Source of the DNA: a virus
Taxonomy: Duplodnaviria > Caudoviricetes
Reading direction: 5' to 3' (one strand)
Length of the DNA: 63,165 nt
IMG/VR virus record: IMGVR_UViG_3300015370_000016
Location: 1 to 63,165 of that record
A program made the position numbers and the translations under genes. Position 1 is the first letter of the stretch, and every line of letters starts with the position of its first letter. Below the pieces are notes generated by a model. That model saw nothing but the letters and a program-made list of their open reading frames with translations. It made no database searches and was not told the DNA's origin. This document shows positions 9,430 through 17,897 of this stretch, piece by piece.

Positions 9430-9945
9430 TCAACAAATCGAATCCAATATCTTCATAGCCTTGTCATAATATCCAACCTTCAATAACTTACGTACGTGTT
9501 TTATTGTATCCATTAGTTCATCAATTCGTATAAAGGTTGCATCAATTGTTATATTTTTTGAAGTAATGATTTCATATAATTGTTTATTGGATAGAGGTTC
9601 TCCGTTGATTATATATTCATCAGGATAAATTATAGGATTTCCAGGTGATATGTAGGTTGGTTTTGGTTCTGAATATGATGCTGTCCAAACTGGTTTTACT
9701 GAATTTCTTTCAATCATTTCGTTAACGATTATTTCACTAACAAAGATTGCCCCATTACCATAGGGATTTTTTCCATATCCGTTTGCAGTTAACATATATT
9801 TTTTAGTTTGTAGTTTTTCAACAATTTCAAACATAATACCGCTTGGTATTGATTGAAACGTACACATATCTTGACCATAGAAATATATGTTATCTTTCGA
9901 AAATTGAATAGTTTTTCCTACGTGGGTTGTTTTTAATTTTGTCAT
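9430..9945 (-). CDS. Hypothetical protein
   Basis: 171-aa ORF in the operon. Confidence 0.6.
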   Translation of the reverse strand: MTKLKTTHVGKTIQFSKDNIYFYGQDMCTFQSIPSGIMFEIVEKLQTKKYMLTANGYGKNPYGNGAIFVSEIIVNEMIERNSVKPVWTASYSEPKPTYISPGNPIIYPDEYIINGEPLSNKQLYEIITSKNITIDATFIRIDELMDTIKHVRKLLKVGYYDKAMKILDSIC

Positions 9946-9949
9946 ATTG

Positions 9950-10270
9950 TCACCAATCCAAACTACACAACAAACCAGGCTCAGAAATTTTTACCCACTC
10001 AGCAGCCGTAGCTTCAATTCTTACAAGAGCACCATCAAATTTTAACATGTGAACATATGGTAATACTTCATTTTCTGGATTGAACTCTTCTTTCTCAACT
10101 GCTATTGATATGATTTTATCATCTGGTAATTCTGACCAGTTGTTTTCATCTACATCTAAATCTTCAAATGATTCTCCAAAAAATGCTAGGAATAATTCTT
10201 TTACATGGTTAATATCTCTTGCAACAAACCAATTGTGGTCATCTGTAAATACATATAATTTTTCGATCAT
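9950..10270 (-). CDS. Hypothetical protein
   Basis: TAATG coupling to the upstream gene. Confidence 0.6.
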   Translation of the reverse strand: MIEKLYVFTDDHNWFVARDINHVKELFLAFFGESFEDLDVDENNWSELPDDKIISIAVEKEEFNPENEVLPYVHMLKFDGALVRIEATAAEWVKISEPGLLCSLDW

Positions 10271-10455
10271 TAATTAGAATCCTTATAATTAACTTCAATA
10301 TCATCAATACCTTCAATGCATTCGAAATTGGTGTCCAATACTCTTGATAATTTTTTACCAATTTTTTTGATTTTCTTTTTGCTGATTGCTTTACCGTCAA
10401 ATTTTACAACAAAAATATCAACATCTTTATAAATATCAACTATCATTTTTCTCAT
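10270..10455 (-). CDS. Hypothetical protein
   Basis: AAGGAG RBS. Confidence 0.55.
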   Translation of the reverse strand: MRKMIVDIYKDVDIFVVKFDGKAISKKKIKKIGKKLSRVLDTNFECIEGIDDIEVNYKDSN

Positions 10456-10497
10456 TATTTTCTCCTTTTCTAATAAAACGAATATTTTATTTTCTTT

Positions 10498-10630
10498 TTA
10501 CACCCTCACGACTCCCGATTCTCCACGTAAGATTTTGTTTTAGTTGATCTTGTTCTATTCAACTGGTTATAAGATTATCAGCAATAACAAAGTTTTGATT
10601 TTATGGATCGTCTAGTTAAACTAGGTGTAT
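10498..10630 (-). ncRNA. Candidate ~130-nt structured non-coding element
   Basis: No ORF; nested helices UACACCU/GGGUGUA, ACGAU/GUCGU, UCCAU/GUGGA, UUUGUU/AACAAA, AGUUGA/UCAACU. Confidence 0.3.
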
Positions 10631-10638
10631 CGCAAAAT

Positions 10639-10761
10639 TTATCTGTTTTTTATTTTTCTGGTAATTATATCGTTTTGCTTATTGTTTCCTTTCTTTTTAA
10701 ATAATTGTCTAATATTCCAGAACTTTGATTTTTCTTCTTCGTTAGTAATTTGCTTTGTCAT
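10639..10761 (-). CDS. Small basic hypothetical protein (40 aa)
   Basis: AAAGGAG RBS downstream of a promoter. Confidence 0.45.
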   Translation of the reverse strand: MTKQITNEEEKSKFWNIRQLFKKKGNNKQNDIITRKIKNR

Positions 10762-10807
10762 ACTTTATTTTTTTCTCCTTTGTTTATGAATTTTTGAATA
10801 TAGGAGT

Positions 10808-10836
10808 ATTTTACACCTTTTAATATTTGTTGTCAA
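10808..10836 (-). promoter_or_regulatory. Sigma70/sigmaA-type promoter
   Basis: TTGACA-N17-TAAAAT. Confidence 0.75.
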
Positions 10837-10847
10837 GTACCAATATT

Positions 10848-10880
10848 AAAATAACTCCTATTTTTAGGAGTTATTTTTTT
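10848..10880. terminator. Intrinsic terminator after the MazG-like gene
   Basis: AAAATAACTCCTA/TAGGAGTTATTTT hairpin. Confidence 0.75.
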
Positions 10881-10935
10881 AGGGATTTCTATATAATTAT
10901 AATTATAATTATTATAATCATGATTAGTATAACGG

Positions 10936-11289
10936 CTATGATTCTAAAATAGTTCGTTCTTTATTTAGATCTCTTTGTACGGCATATTCTGAATCAAATT
11001 TATCTGGATAGCGAGCCTTTAGTTTTTCAATATTTTTTTCCAATATTTCTTCTAAATCAAAATTTAACATATAACATAGGTTACCTATGTACCACATGAG
11101 ATCTCCAATTTCTTCTTTAACATTAAACCAATCAATAGGCTTATTGTACGCCAATTGTTTTTTAAATGGATCTGTTAGTTCTCCGATTTCTGTTTGCATT
11201 CCCATTAACATGTGTAGAGTATTTAATGTTTCAGAATTTAGTTCTGAGTTTGTTCTGTTTGCTAGTTCGCAGTATTCGTTAATTTTCAT
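10936..11289 (-). CDS. MazG-like nucleotide pyrophosphohydrolase
   Basis: ExGE..D..KK...EEIGDLMWY...N..KL..RYP. Confidence 0.9.
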   Translation of the reverse strand: MKINEYCELANRTNSELNSETLNTLHMLMGMQTEIGELTDPFKKQLAYNKPIDWFNVKEEIGDLMWYIGNLCYMLNFDLEEILEKNIEKLKARYPDKFDSEYAVQRDLNKERTILES

Positions 11290-11301
11290 ATTGTTTTTTC
11301 C

Positions 11302-13203
11302 TTATTGTTTGTCTGGTTTTTCTAAAATTTGAAATGATTTACTGTTGTTTCTATAGATAGTTCCACCTTTTAGTCCCTTTTCCCACATATAAAGATAGAT
11401 GTTAAAAATATCTTCAATTGTTGAATCTTCTGGAATATTTATAGTTTTGGATATGGCGTTACTGGTATATTTTTGCCATGAAGCTTGAATATCCACATGT
11501 CTCTTCCAGGGAATCTCATTAGATGTTTTAAATAATTTTTGTACTTCCTCGGATACTAATTTGCATCCAGTTAGTGTTCCTGTTGAAGAAGCATATTCCA
11601 ATATAGAATTTATTTTCTCTTTATCATATCCGAATTCTTTTAATTTCCGTTCTAAGGCAGGGTTTGCTTCAAAGATAGAATCTTTAGCAATATTTCCCAC
11701 TCCTTCTGTGATGTTGCGTTTATAGGAAAGTGCAAAAAATGGCTCAATTCCGCTGTTTACGCCACCAATAATAGCAATAGACCCCGTAGGCGCAAGACTG
11801 ATGCAGGCAACGTTTCTAACACCAATTTGTCTCAATTCTTCTCGATTAATATATGATTTTTCGTAAGGGCTATCATATAAAACTTTTTCAACTACGTGAA
11901 GATCTACTTTTTCTGAATCATAATAAGCAAAAGCACCACGCTCTTTAGCTAATTGAAATGATTCTTCCCAAGCATGAAAATTAATAAACCATGAAAGATA
12001 TTCCGATAATTCAACCGCCTCATCTGAATCATATGGAATATTCATTTCTATTAATAAATCTGCAAAACCCATTACTCCACCACCTAAACGCCTCAATGAT
12101 TTTGTAACAATGTTTATTTTATCCAATGGAGCTTCTGTTACTTCTGTAACGTCATCTAAAAATCTGATTAATGTTCTTACAAGTGTTTTTAATAAATCCC
12201 AATCAATTTGTTTTGTCTTTTGGTCAAATATATACAAAAGAACAATTGATGCCAAGATACAACTTTCATTAGATAATAGGGGGACTTCACCGCAGGGATT
12301 AGTTGCATAAATTAATTCTAAAAATTTTACCATATTATCTTCATTAATTCTATCAAAAAATAACTCGCCTGGATCACCCGACTCCCATGCTTGAGTTGCC
12401 ATTCGCAATAATAAATCTTTCGCATTTACTGTTTTTATAACTTTGCCTGTTGCAGGAGAAATCAAGTCCCAATTACGATTTTCTTTTACCGCATTCATAA
12501 AATCATCTGTAAGTAGAACTGAAATGTTGAAATGAGTTAATTGATCGTCTAAAAGAGTTTTTTCTAAAACCTTTTCGTATTTTGTGTTTTTTAATCTGCC
12601 ATCAAAAGATTTTAAATTACGATCATATTCCTCCATTAATCTTGAATTTCTTACATCTAAATTAGATTTAAATCCAATAAAACTTTCTATGTCTGGATGT
12701 GAAACAATCAAAGATCCTAATTGAGCACCTCTTCTGGATGCTTGTTGAATTACTTCTCCTGTTTGGTCAAACAGTGTCATAAAACTTAGAGCACCAGAAG
12801 CCTCACCACCAGTAGAATTAATCAACGCTCCTTTTTCTCGAATATTAGAAAAAGAATATCCTACACCTCCACCCATAGCAAAAACTTCAGCAGCATCTTT
12901 CAAAGCCTCATATATGGAACTTCTAGAATCTTGAATAGATAAAACAAAACAGTTGGCAAGATTTTTTATTCCTGTTCCAGCATTTGCAATTATTCTTCCA
13001 CCAGGAAGAATAAATAAATCATATATGACTTTATAATATTCTTCTTCGGATTCTAATATCTGTTCATCAGTTGATCCGTAATTTCTTCCTCCTTCCGCTA
13101 TTTGTTTTGCGATGGTTCTACATTTTTCACTCCAAACCTTTGTTTTGTTTTTTGAATATTTTAGTGCGAAAACTTTTTTTGCCTTTTCATTAAGTTCTGC
13201 CAA
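11302..13203 (-). CDS. nrdJ: Adenosylcobalamin-dependent (class II) ribonucleotide reductase
   Basis: PGGR, NCFV, RRGAQ, HPDI, FNISV, TNPCGE, C.L, APTGS, SKTIN; no beta-subunit gene nearby. Confidence 0.9.
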   Translation of the reverse strand: MAELNEKAKKVFALKYSKNKTKVWSEKCRTIAKQIAEGGRNYGSTDEQILESEEEYYKVIYDLFILPGGRIIANAGTGIKNLANCFVLSIQDSRSSIYEALKDAAEVFAMGGGVGYSFSNIREKGALINSTGGEASGALSFMTLFDQTGEVIQQASRRGAQLGSLIVSHPDIESFIGFKSNLDVRNSRLMEEYDRNLKSFDGRLKNTKYEKVLEKTLLDDQLTHFNISVLLTDDFMNAVKENRNWDLISPATGKVIKTVNAKDLLLRMATQAWESGDPGELFFDRINEDNMVKFLELIYATNPCGEVPLLSNESCILASIVLLYIFDQKTKQIDWDLLKTLVRTLIRFLDDVTEVTEAPLDKINIVTKSLRRLGGGVMGFADLLIEMNIPYDSDEAVELSEYLSWFINFHAWEESFQLAKERGAFAYYDSEKVDLHVVEKVLYDSPYEKSYINREELRQIGVRNVACISLAPTGSIAIIGGVNSGIEPFFALSYKRNITEGVGNIAKDSIFEANPALERKLKEFGYDKEKINSILEYASSTGTLTGCKLVSEEVQKLFKTSNEIPWKRHVDIQASWQKYTSNAISKTINIPEDSTIEDIFNIYLYMWEKGLKGGTIYRNNSKSFQILEKPDKQ

Positions 13204-13257
13204 TCATACCTCCTTAAATAAAATAATATTAATATTAAAAAATATATGTTTCAATTA

Positions 13258-13797
13258 TCAATCAGAACGCAATTCCATTGTTCTAGCAATTTCTATAGCA
13301 TTCTTCTTTACATAGTTTAATCCTTCTTCGTTTATAATTACGATGTCAAATCTATAGTTATCTAAAGCAGTTTCAGAAGGATGTGATTTCTGTTCTTCTG
13401 TTAATCCATTATCGAACCCGTTTCTTTTAACAATAACTGAATATACCCCATAATATTCTTCTTTCAGTTTATTTATTTCATTTGGAAATCTGCAATCTGG
13501 TACTAAGAAATAGTCAAATTCTGTTCCAAAAGCATATATAAATTCTTTAATTACATTTACCCAAATATCAGGATTATTCTTTCTGGCTAAATCAGTTCCT
13601 ACTTTTTGTAAAATAGTTCTTCCTTCTTCGTTTTTAATTCCATCCCAATTGAACTATTCTTTACAAACATATTTTAAATAATCGGCAAAATGTAAGATAA
13701 CAACTCTTTTGCCACAAGATTGTAAAGTTTCCTTTACATATTTTGCGGTTGTATCTTTTCCGTGTTGTGCTTTTCCAGAAAAAGTTATTACTTTCAT
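13258..13797 (-). pseudogene. Deoxynucleoside monophosphate kinase with an in-frame TAG at codon 48 (pseudogene, read-through or sequence error)
   Basis: MKVITFSGKAQHGKDT P-loop, FAD.LK, GRT.LQ.VGT, PDCRFPNE, H.SETALD; TAG at 13654-13656; absent from the ORF track. Confidence 0.8.
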
Positions 13798-14387
13798 TCA
13801 ATGACCTCTTCTTTTTTGATTGTCTTAAAATAATCTATAATTTCTTTCCAATTATTTTTACGAACATATCTATTTTCCACTTCATCATAGTTATCTTTTT
13901 TAGAAGTATTCCAGGGTTTTTCAAATAAAATGGCTCTTTTATTTGGATCTTGAATAAATTCTTGAACATTCTCCCATCGATCATCAATAAGGAAATCCAT
14001 ATTAATTAAAGACTTATCATAAGCGTGAACAAAATTTTCTCGTTTATCTAAGAAATCATGTTTTTCTAACCAATCATATTTAGAATCCATTCTGTTACTT
14101 GCTGTAACATAAATGACTCTAAATCCCATCTTTCTTAGTTTTTTAATTCCCTTCCATGCTCCCTTTATTGGTTCACAGTGATTATATATATTAAAGTCTG
14201 GAGTAGGATGAATATAATCATAAATTTCATCTCCACATTTTACAAAACTATCAATTTTCCATTCGGTTATAGTATTTATATCCAAATGATCATCATAATC
14301 CTCATTATACATATTAACCCAATTAGGAACTAAATTGATAACAACATCATCACAATCAACTCCAATAATTATTTCTTTTTCTGTCAT
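13794..14387 (-). CDS. 5'(3')-deoxyribonucleotidase (NT5C-type HAD)
   Basis: DCDDV, VTA, K..WL, DK..I..D.LIDD, PWN. Confidence 0.85.
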   Translation of the reverse strand: MTEKEIIIGVDCDDVVINLVPNWVNMYNEDYDDHLDINTITEWKIDSFVKCGDEIYDYIHPTPDFNIYNHCEPIKGAWKGIKKLRKMGFRVIYVTASNRMDSKYDWLEKHDFLDKRENFVHAYDKSLINMDFLIDDRWENVQEFIQDPNKRAILFEKPWNTSKKDNYDEVENRYVRKNNWKEIIDYFKTIKKEEVIE

Positions 14388-15382
14388 AGTTTTTTTAAAG
14401 TTCCGTTTCCTGTTTTGATATAAGTTATTTCTTGATTGTGTAATTCGTTAATATCAGAACAATCCAAATAAGATAAACCAGATTTAAGTCCCCATATAAA
14501 TTCCTCATATATTTCTTTTAATGGTCTAATATCTTCTTGTGGTATCTGTATTACCAATCCTTCATTTGATCTTAAATGTTTTCCCATTTCGTTTTGTAAT
14601 TTATAAGAACTCATCCCATGTACAATACCTCCGTTGTTAGATTCTTTGCTTTTTCCAAATAAACTTCCTATCATTACATAATCAGCACCAAATACAAAAG
14701 CCTTCATTGCATTTCCAGAATTTTTTATTCCACCATCAGCAATAATTTTTACATTTGGATAAAAATTTTTTATGTTAGAACAATCTTGAATTGCTGTCAA
14801 ATCTGGAATTCCCACACTCGTCACCCCTCTCGTGGCACATACACTCCCCCCACCAATACCAACTCTAATAAAATCGCTTCCTGCTTGTGCCAAATGATAA
14901 GCTCCTTCATATGTAGCAACATTACCAGAAACGATCTTAAAATCCAATCCACTTTTTTTTCTGTATTCATTTAATGAAGAAACAGAATTTATTGTTCTTT
15001 GCATATGTCCTGTAGCAGTATCAATACAAATAAATTTTGCTCCATTTTCTACTGCTAATTTGACATAAACAAGTTCTTTTTTCCATTGATTGATTCCAAT
15101 GGAAACACCATAGTTGCTAACTCCCCTTAGTTGTATTATGGCTTCTAATCTTTCAGCTTCCGTTGAAAAGAATCGATGGAGTATACCAATTCCACCTAAT
15201 CTGCTCAATTCTTTTATGAACGGAACATTACTAATTCCCCTCATTGGAGCAGAAAAAATAGGCATATATTTTTTATCTGTAACAAAAATATTTACATCTT
15301 TTCTGCTATTGATGGATGATTGTTCTGGTACTAATAAAACATCATCATAGTCTAGTGGTTCTAATTCTGATTTTATAATCAT
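14384..15382 (-). CDS. GMP reductase / IMP dehydrogenase family protein (no CBS domain)
   Basis: DYDDVLLVP, SAPM, GNVAT, VGIGGGSVCATR, IIADGG, GMSS. Confidence 0.9.
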   Translation of the reverse strand: MIIKSELEPLDYDDVLLVPEQSSINSRKDVNIFVTDKKYMPIFSAPMRGISNVPFIKELSRLGGIGILHRFFSTEAERLEAIIQLRGVSNYGVSIGINQWKKELVYVKLAVENGAKFICIDTATGHMQRTINSVSSLNEYRKKSGLDFKIVSGNVATYEGAYHLAQAGSDFIRVGIGGGSVCATRGVTSVGIPDLTAIQDCSNIKNFYPNVKIIADGGIKNSGNAMKAFVFGADYVMIGSLFGKSKESNNGGIVHGMSSYKLQNEMGKHLRSNEGLVIQIPQEDIRPLKEIYEEFIWGLKSGLSYLDCSDINELHNQEITYIKTGNGTLKKL

Positions 15383-15423
15383 TTATTTATATAATATCTC
15401 CTTTGTTTGGCAAATAGAATTTT

Positions 15424-15452
15424 ATTTTATCATGCAAGTTCGTTTTAGTCAA
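15424..15452 (-). promoter_or_regulatory. Promoter of the nucleotide-metabolism operon
   Basis: TTGACT-N17-TAAAAT with extended -10 TG. Confidence 0.7.
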
Positions 15453-15458
15453 TGTTTG

Positions 15459-15536
15459 AATGTTAAAATTTTGTTTTATTCTGAATTTTTTAAGGTTTGA
15501 AATGTTAAAGAAAAGATTATGAATGTTAAAGAAAAG
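15459..15536. repeat. Phased direct repeats AATGTTAAA(GAAAAG)
   Basis: Copies start at 15459, 15501 and 15522. Confidence 0.7.
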
Positions 15537-17876
15537 TTAAAATCCTTTCATCCAAGTGTTTCTTTCTTTTACTTTATTGTTACTCAAACATCTATCATAG
15601 GCATAAGGTTCATATAATAATAAAACTTTTTCTTGCCCTCTCGTAAGCATGGTATATAAAAATGTTTGATCCAATAATGTATAATGAGTATTATCAATAA
15701 CTCCAATGATATATTTAGCTTGACCTCCTTGTATTTTGTGACATGTGCTTACATAAGCCAAATCCAGTTCTGATAATTCTGATCTAGAATATTCTATTCT
15801 TTTATCTGGATAATCAACAATTAAATAATCTTGATTTACATTTCTTCCAATTTCTTTTATATATCCAATTTCTCCATTGAACACACCTAAATCATAATTG
15901 TTCTTGATGTGCATTACTTTATTATTTAATCTAAAAGATCTTTTACCGTGTTTAATTTCATTATCTGTATTTGGAGTTAATATATTTTGAATTATTTTAT
16001 TTATTTCTTCTGTTGAATTTATGCAATCTTTTTTTCTAGGAACAATTATTTGAACATTATCTAATCCAACTTCTTCAACTGATTTTAAGAATGTATTAAT
16101 TGCTATTTTTCTCAGTGATTCTCTGTTGTTTCTACAAATATAATACATATCTTGAAGATCCCCATTAATAGTTTTCAATTCTTTTTTACCTTTTAATGGA
16201 TCTTCACCTTTTCTAATTTTATTAGCATCACTAATAATTCCTGATCTTTCTGCTTGACGATGAACTTTAGTAAGTCTATTAATTTGAAAATTTTCTTTTG
16301 AAAGAATATCCGTTGGGAAAGAACCATATGAGAGTGGGGGGAGTTGCCCCACATCACCTATCAATATCACTTTTGTTTCTGGATTAATTGCTTCAAATAA
16401 TTTTAAATATAGTCCAGAATAAATCATTGAATATTCATCAACTATTATAACGCTATATGGTAATTTATTATATCTATTATATAAAAATTGATTTAAACCC
16501 TGTGCGCCTAATAATCGATGAATGGTCATTGCCTGAAATCCGCTTACTTCTTCTAATCTTTTGCCTGCTCTTGCAGACAAAGCACAAGCACCAATAGAAT
16601 AACCAGCTTGATCATATATGTTTAAAATGGCTCTAGTTATGCTTGTTTTCCCTGTGCCGCCTAGACCTACAATTACACTAAACGATTTTTTTATAACACT
16701 TAAAATTACATCCAATTGTTCTTTTGTATATTTATATCCCTGTATTTCTTCTGCGATTCTTATTCCTTCATCAATATTGTTTTGTGTTAAATAAAGAGTT
16801 TCTTGTGCATTAAGTTCATTTACAATATCCCAAATTTCTTTCTCAACCCAATAATAGTAATGCAACCCGACCTTGTAGTCTCCATTCTCTTCATCTTTTT
16901 CTATGTGAAGAATGGTTTCATGTTGTTTTTCAGATTCAATAAATTCATTATATAAAGACTCTGCTTCAAGAATGTTTTCTTTAATTGCTGAATCTAATTC
17001 ACTTAAATAAATCCAGGTATCTCCTCTTTCTTCTCCTATGTTTTTCAAGTAATCTTTGACAAATCCTTTTACTCTTTGTTCAGAAACCAACAAGTCGTCA
17101 TTTATTTTCAAAGCAATAGTATCAGCAGTTTTAAATCCTATGCCATCTATTTCAGTAATAATATATGGATCGTTTAATAATTTTTCTTTTAGTAAATATG
17201 GATTTGGTTCTTCATTGAAAAGCTGTTTGATTCTTTTTTGTGAAATACCATACGGAGATAACAATGATAAAACATCTGCCATCAAATAATTGTCTAAAAT
17301 TTTATTCTTTATGATCTTCCAAGTAAATTCTTTAATTCCATTTAACTTGTTTAGATCTATTTCAGAATCGACATTAGAATTGCTTATAACCATATCAACA
17401 ATATCTGGATAAACTTCCAAAAGTGTTTCTACTTGATTCTCTGTAAGAATAGACTTTAGAAATAACTTAGAATCTTCAACTGTTTTAGGTGTATCCTGTG
17501 AGATACTAATAACTTCAAAACCATAGCCCCATTTAGAATGATTAGACAACTTGGCTTTTACTTTATATGGAACATCTGAATAATCTAATCGTTGCATTTT
17601 TCCACGTAAAGTTACTTGGTAGAGAATTCTATCATCTTCTTTTGTTGAAAAGAGATTATTGTTTCTTATAGCAATTGATGTTGGCAATTCTATTTCTGAA
17701 TTAAAAGTATAAACTCCCCAAGATGAATCATCTGAATAGAATCTTTCATAAGTTATAAACCCTGTAAATTCATATGTTTTATCAAAGTCTATTGGGAGAT
17801 CGGATTTTTTATTATTAGAAATTATAGACAATAAATCTTCTTCTTCGTTATAATGTTTTGTTTTAAATTCTTTCAA
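15537..17876 (-). CDS. recD2: RecD2-like SF1B helicase
   Basis: HhH GIGFKTAD, GLGGTGKT, TIHRLLG, DEYSM, GDVGQLPP, HRQA, HKIQG. Confidence 0.9.
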   Translation of the reverse strand: MKEFKTKHYNEEEDLLSIISNNKKSDLPIDFDKTYEFTGFITYERFYSDDSSWGVYTFNSEIELPTSIAIRNNNLFSTKEDDRILYQVTLRGKMQRLDYSDVPYKVKAKLSNHSKWGYGFEVISISQDTPKTVEDSKLFLKSILTENQVETLLEVYPDIVDMVISNSNVDSEIDLNKLNGIKEFTWKIIKNKILDNYLMADVLSLLSPYGISQKRIKQLFNEEPNPYLLKEKLLNDPYIITEIDGIGFKTADTIALKINDDLLVSEQRVKGFVKDYLKNIGEERGDTWIYLSELDSAIKENILEAESLYNEFIESEKQHETILHIEKDEENGDYKVGLHYYYWVEKEIWDIVNELNAQETLYLTQNNIDEGIRIAEEIQGYKYTKEQLDVILSVIKKSFSVIVGLGGTGKTSITRAILNIYDQAGYSIGACALSARAGKRLEEVSGFQAMTIHRLLGAQGLNQFLYNRYNKLPYSVIIVDEYSMIYSGLYLKLFEAINPETKVILIGDVGQLPPLSYGSFPTDILSKENFQINRLTKVHRQAERSGIISDANKIRKGEDPLKGKKELKTINGDLQDMYYICRNNRESLRKIAINTFLKSVEEVGLDNVQIIVPRKKDCINSTEEINKIIQNILTPNTDNEIKHGKRSFRLNNKVMHIKNNYDLGVFNGEIGYIKEIGRNVNQDYLIVDYPDKRIEYSRSELSELDLAYVSTCHKIQGGQAKYIIGVIDNTHYTLLDQTFLYTMLTRGQEKVLLLYEPYAYDRCLSNNKVKERNTWMKGF

Positions 17877-17897
17877 AAATTATCTCCATTCCTGCAT

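Noticed and set aside
10520-10532. TCCACGTAAG resembling a fragment of the raiA RNA motif
   Set aside because: Only a 10-nt match from memory; the rest of the motif is absent.
10891-10925. (ATAATT)n low-complexity run
   Set aside because: Short AT-only repeat, expected in AT-rich intergenic DNA.
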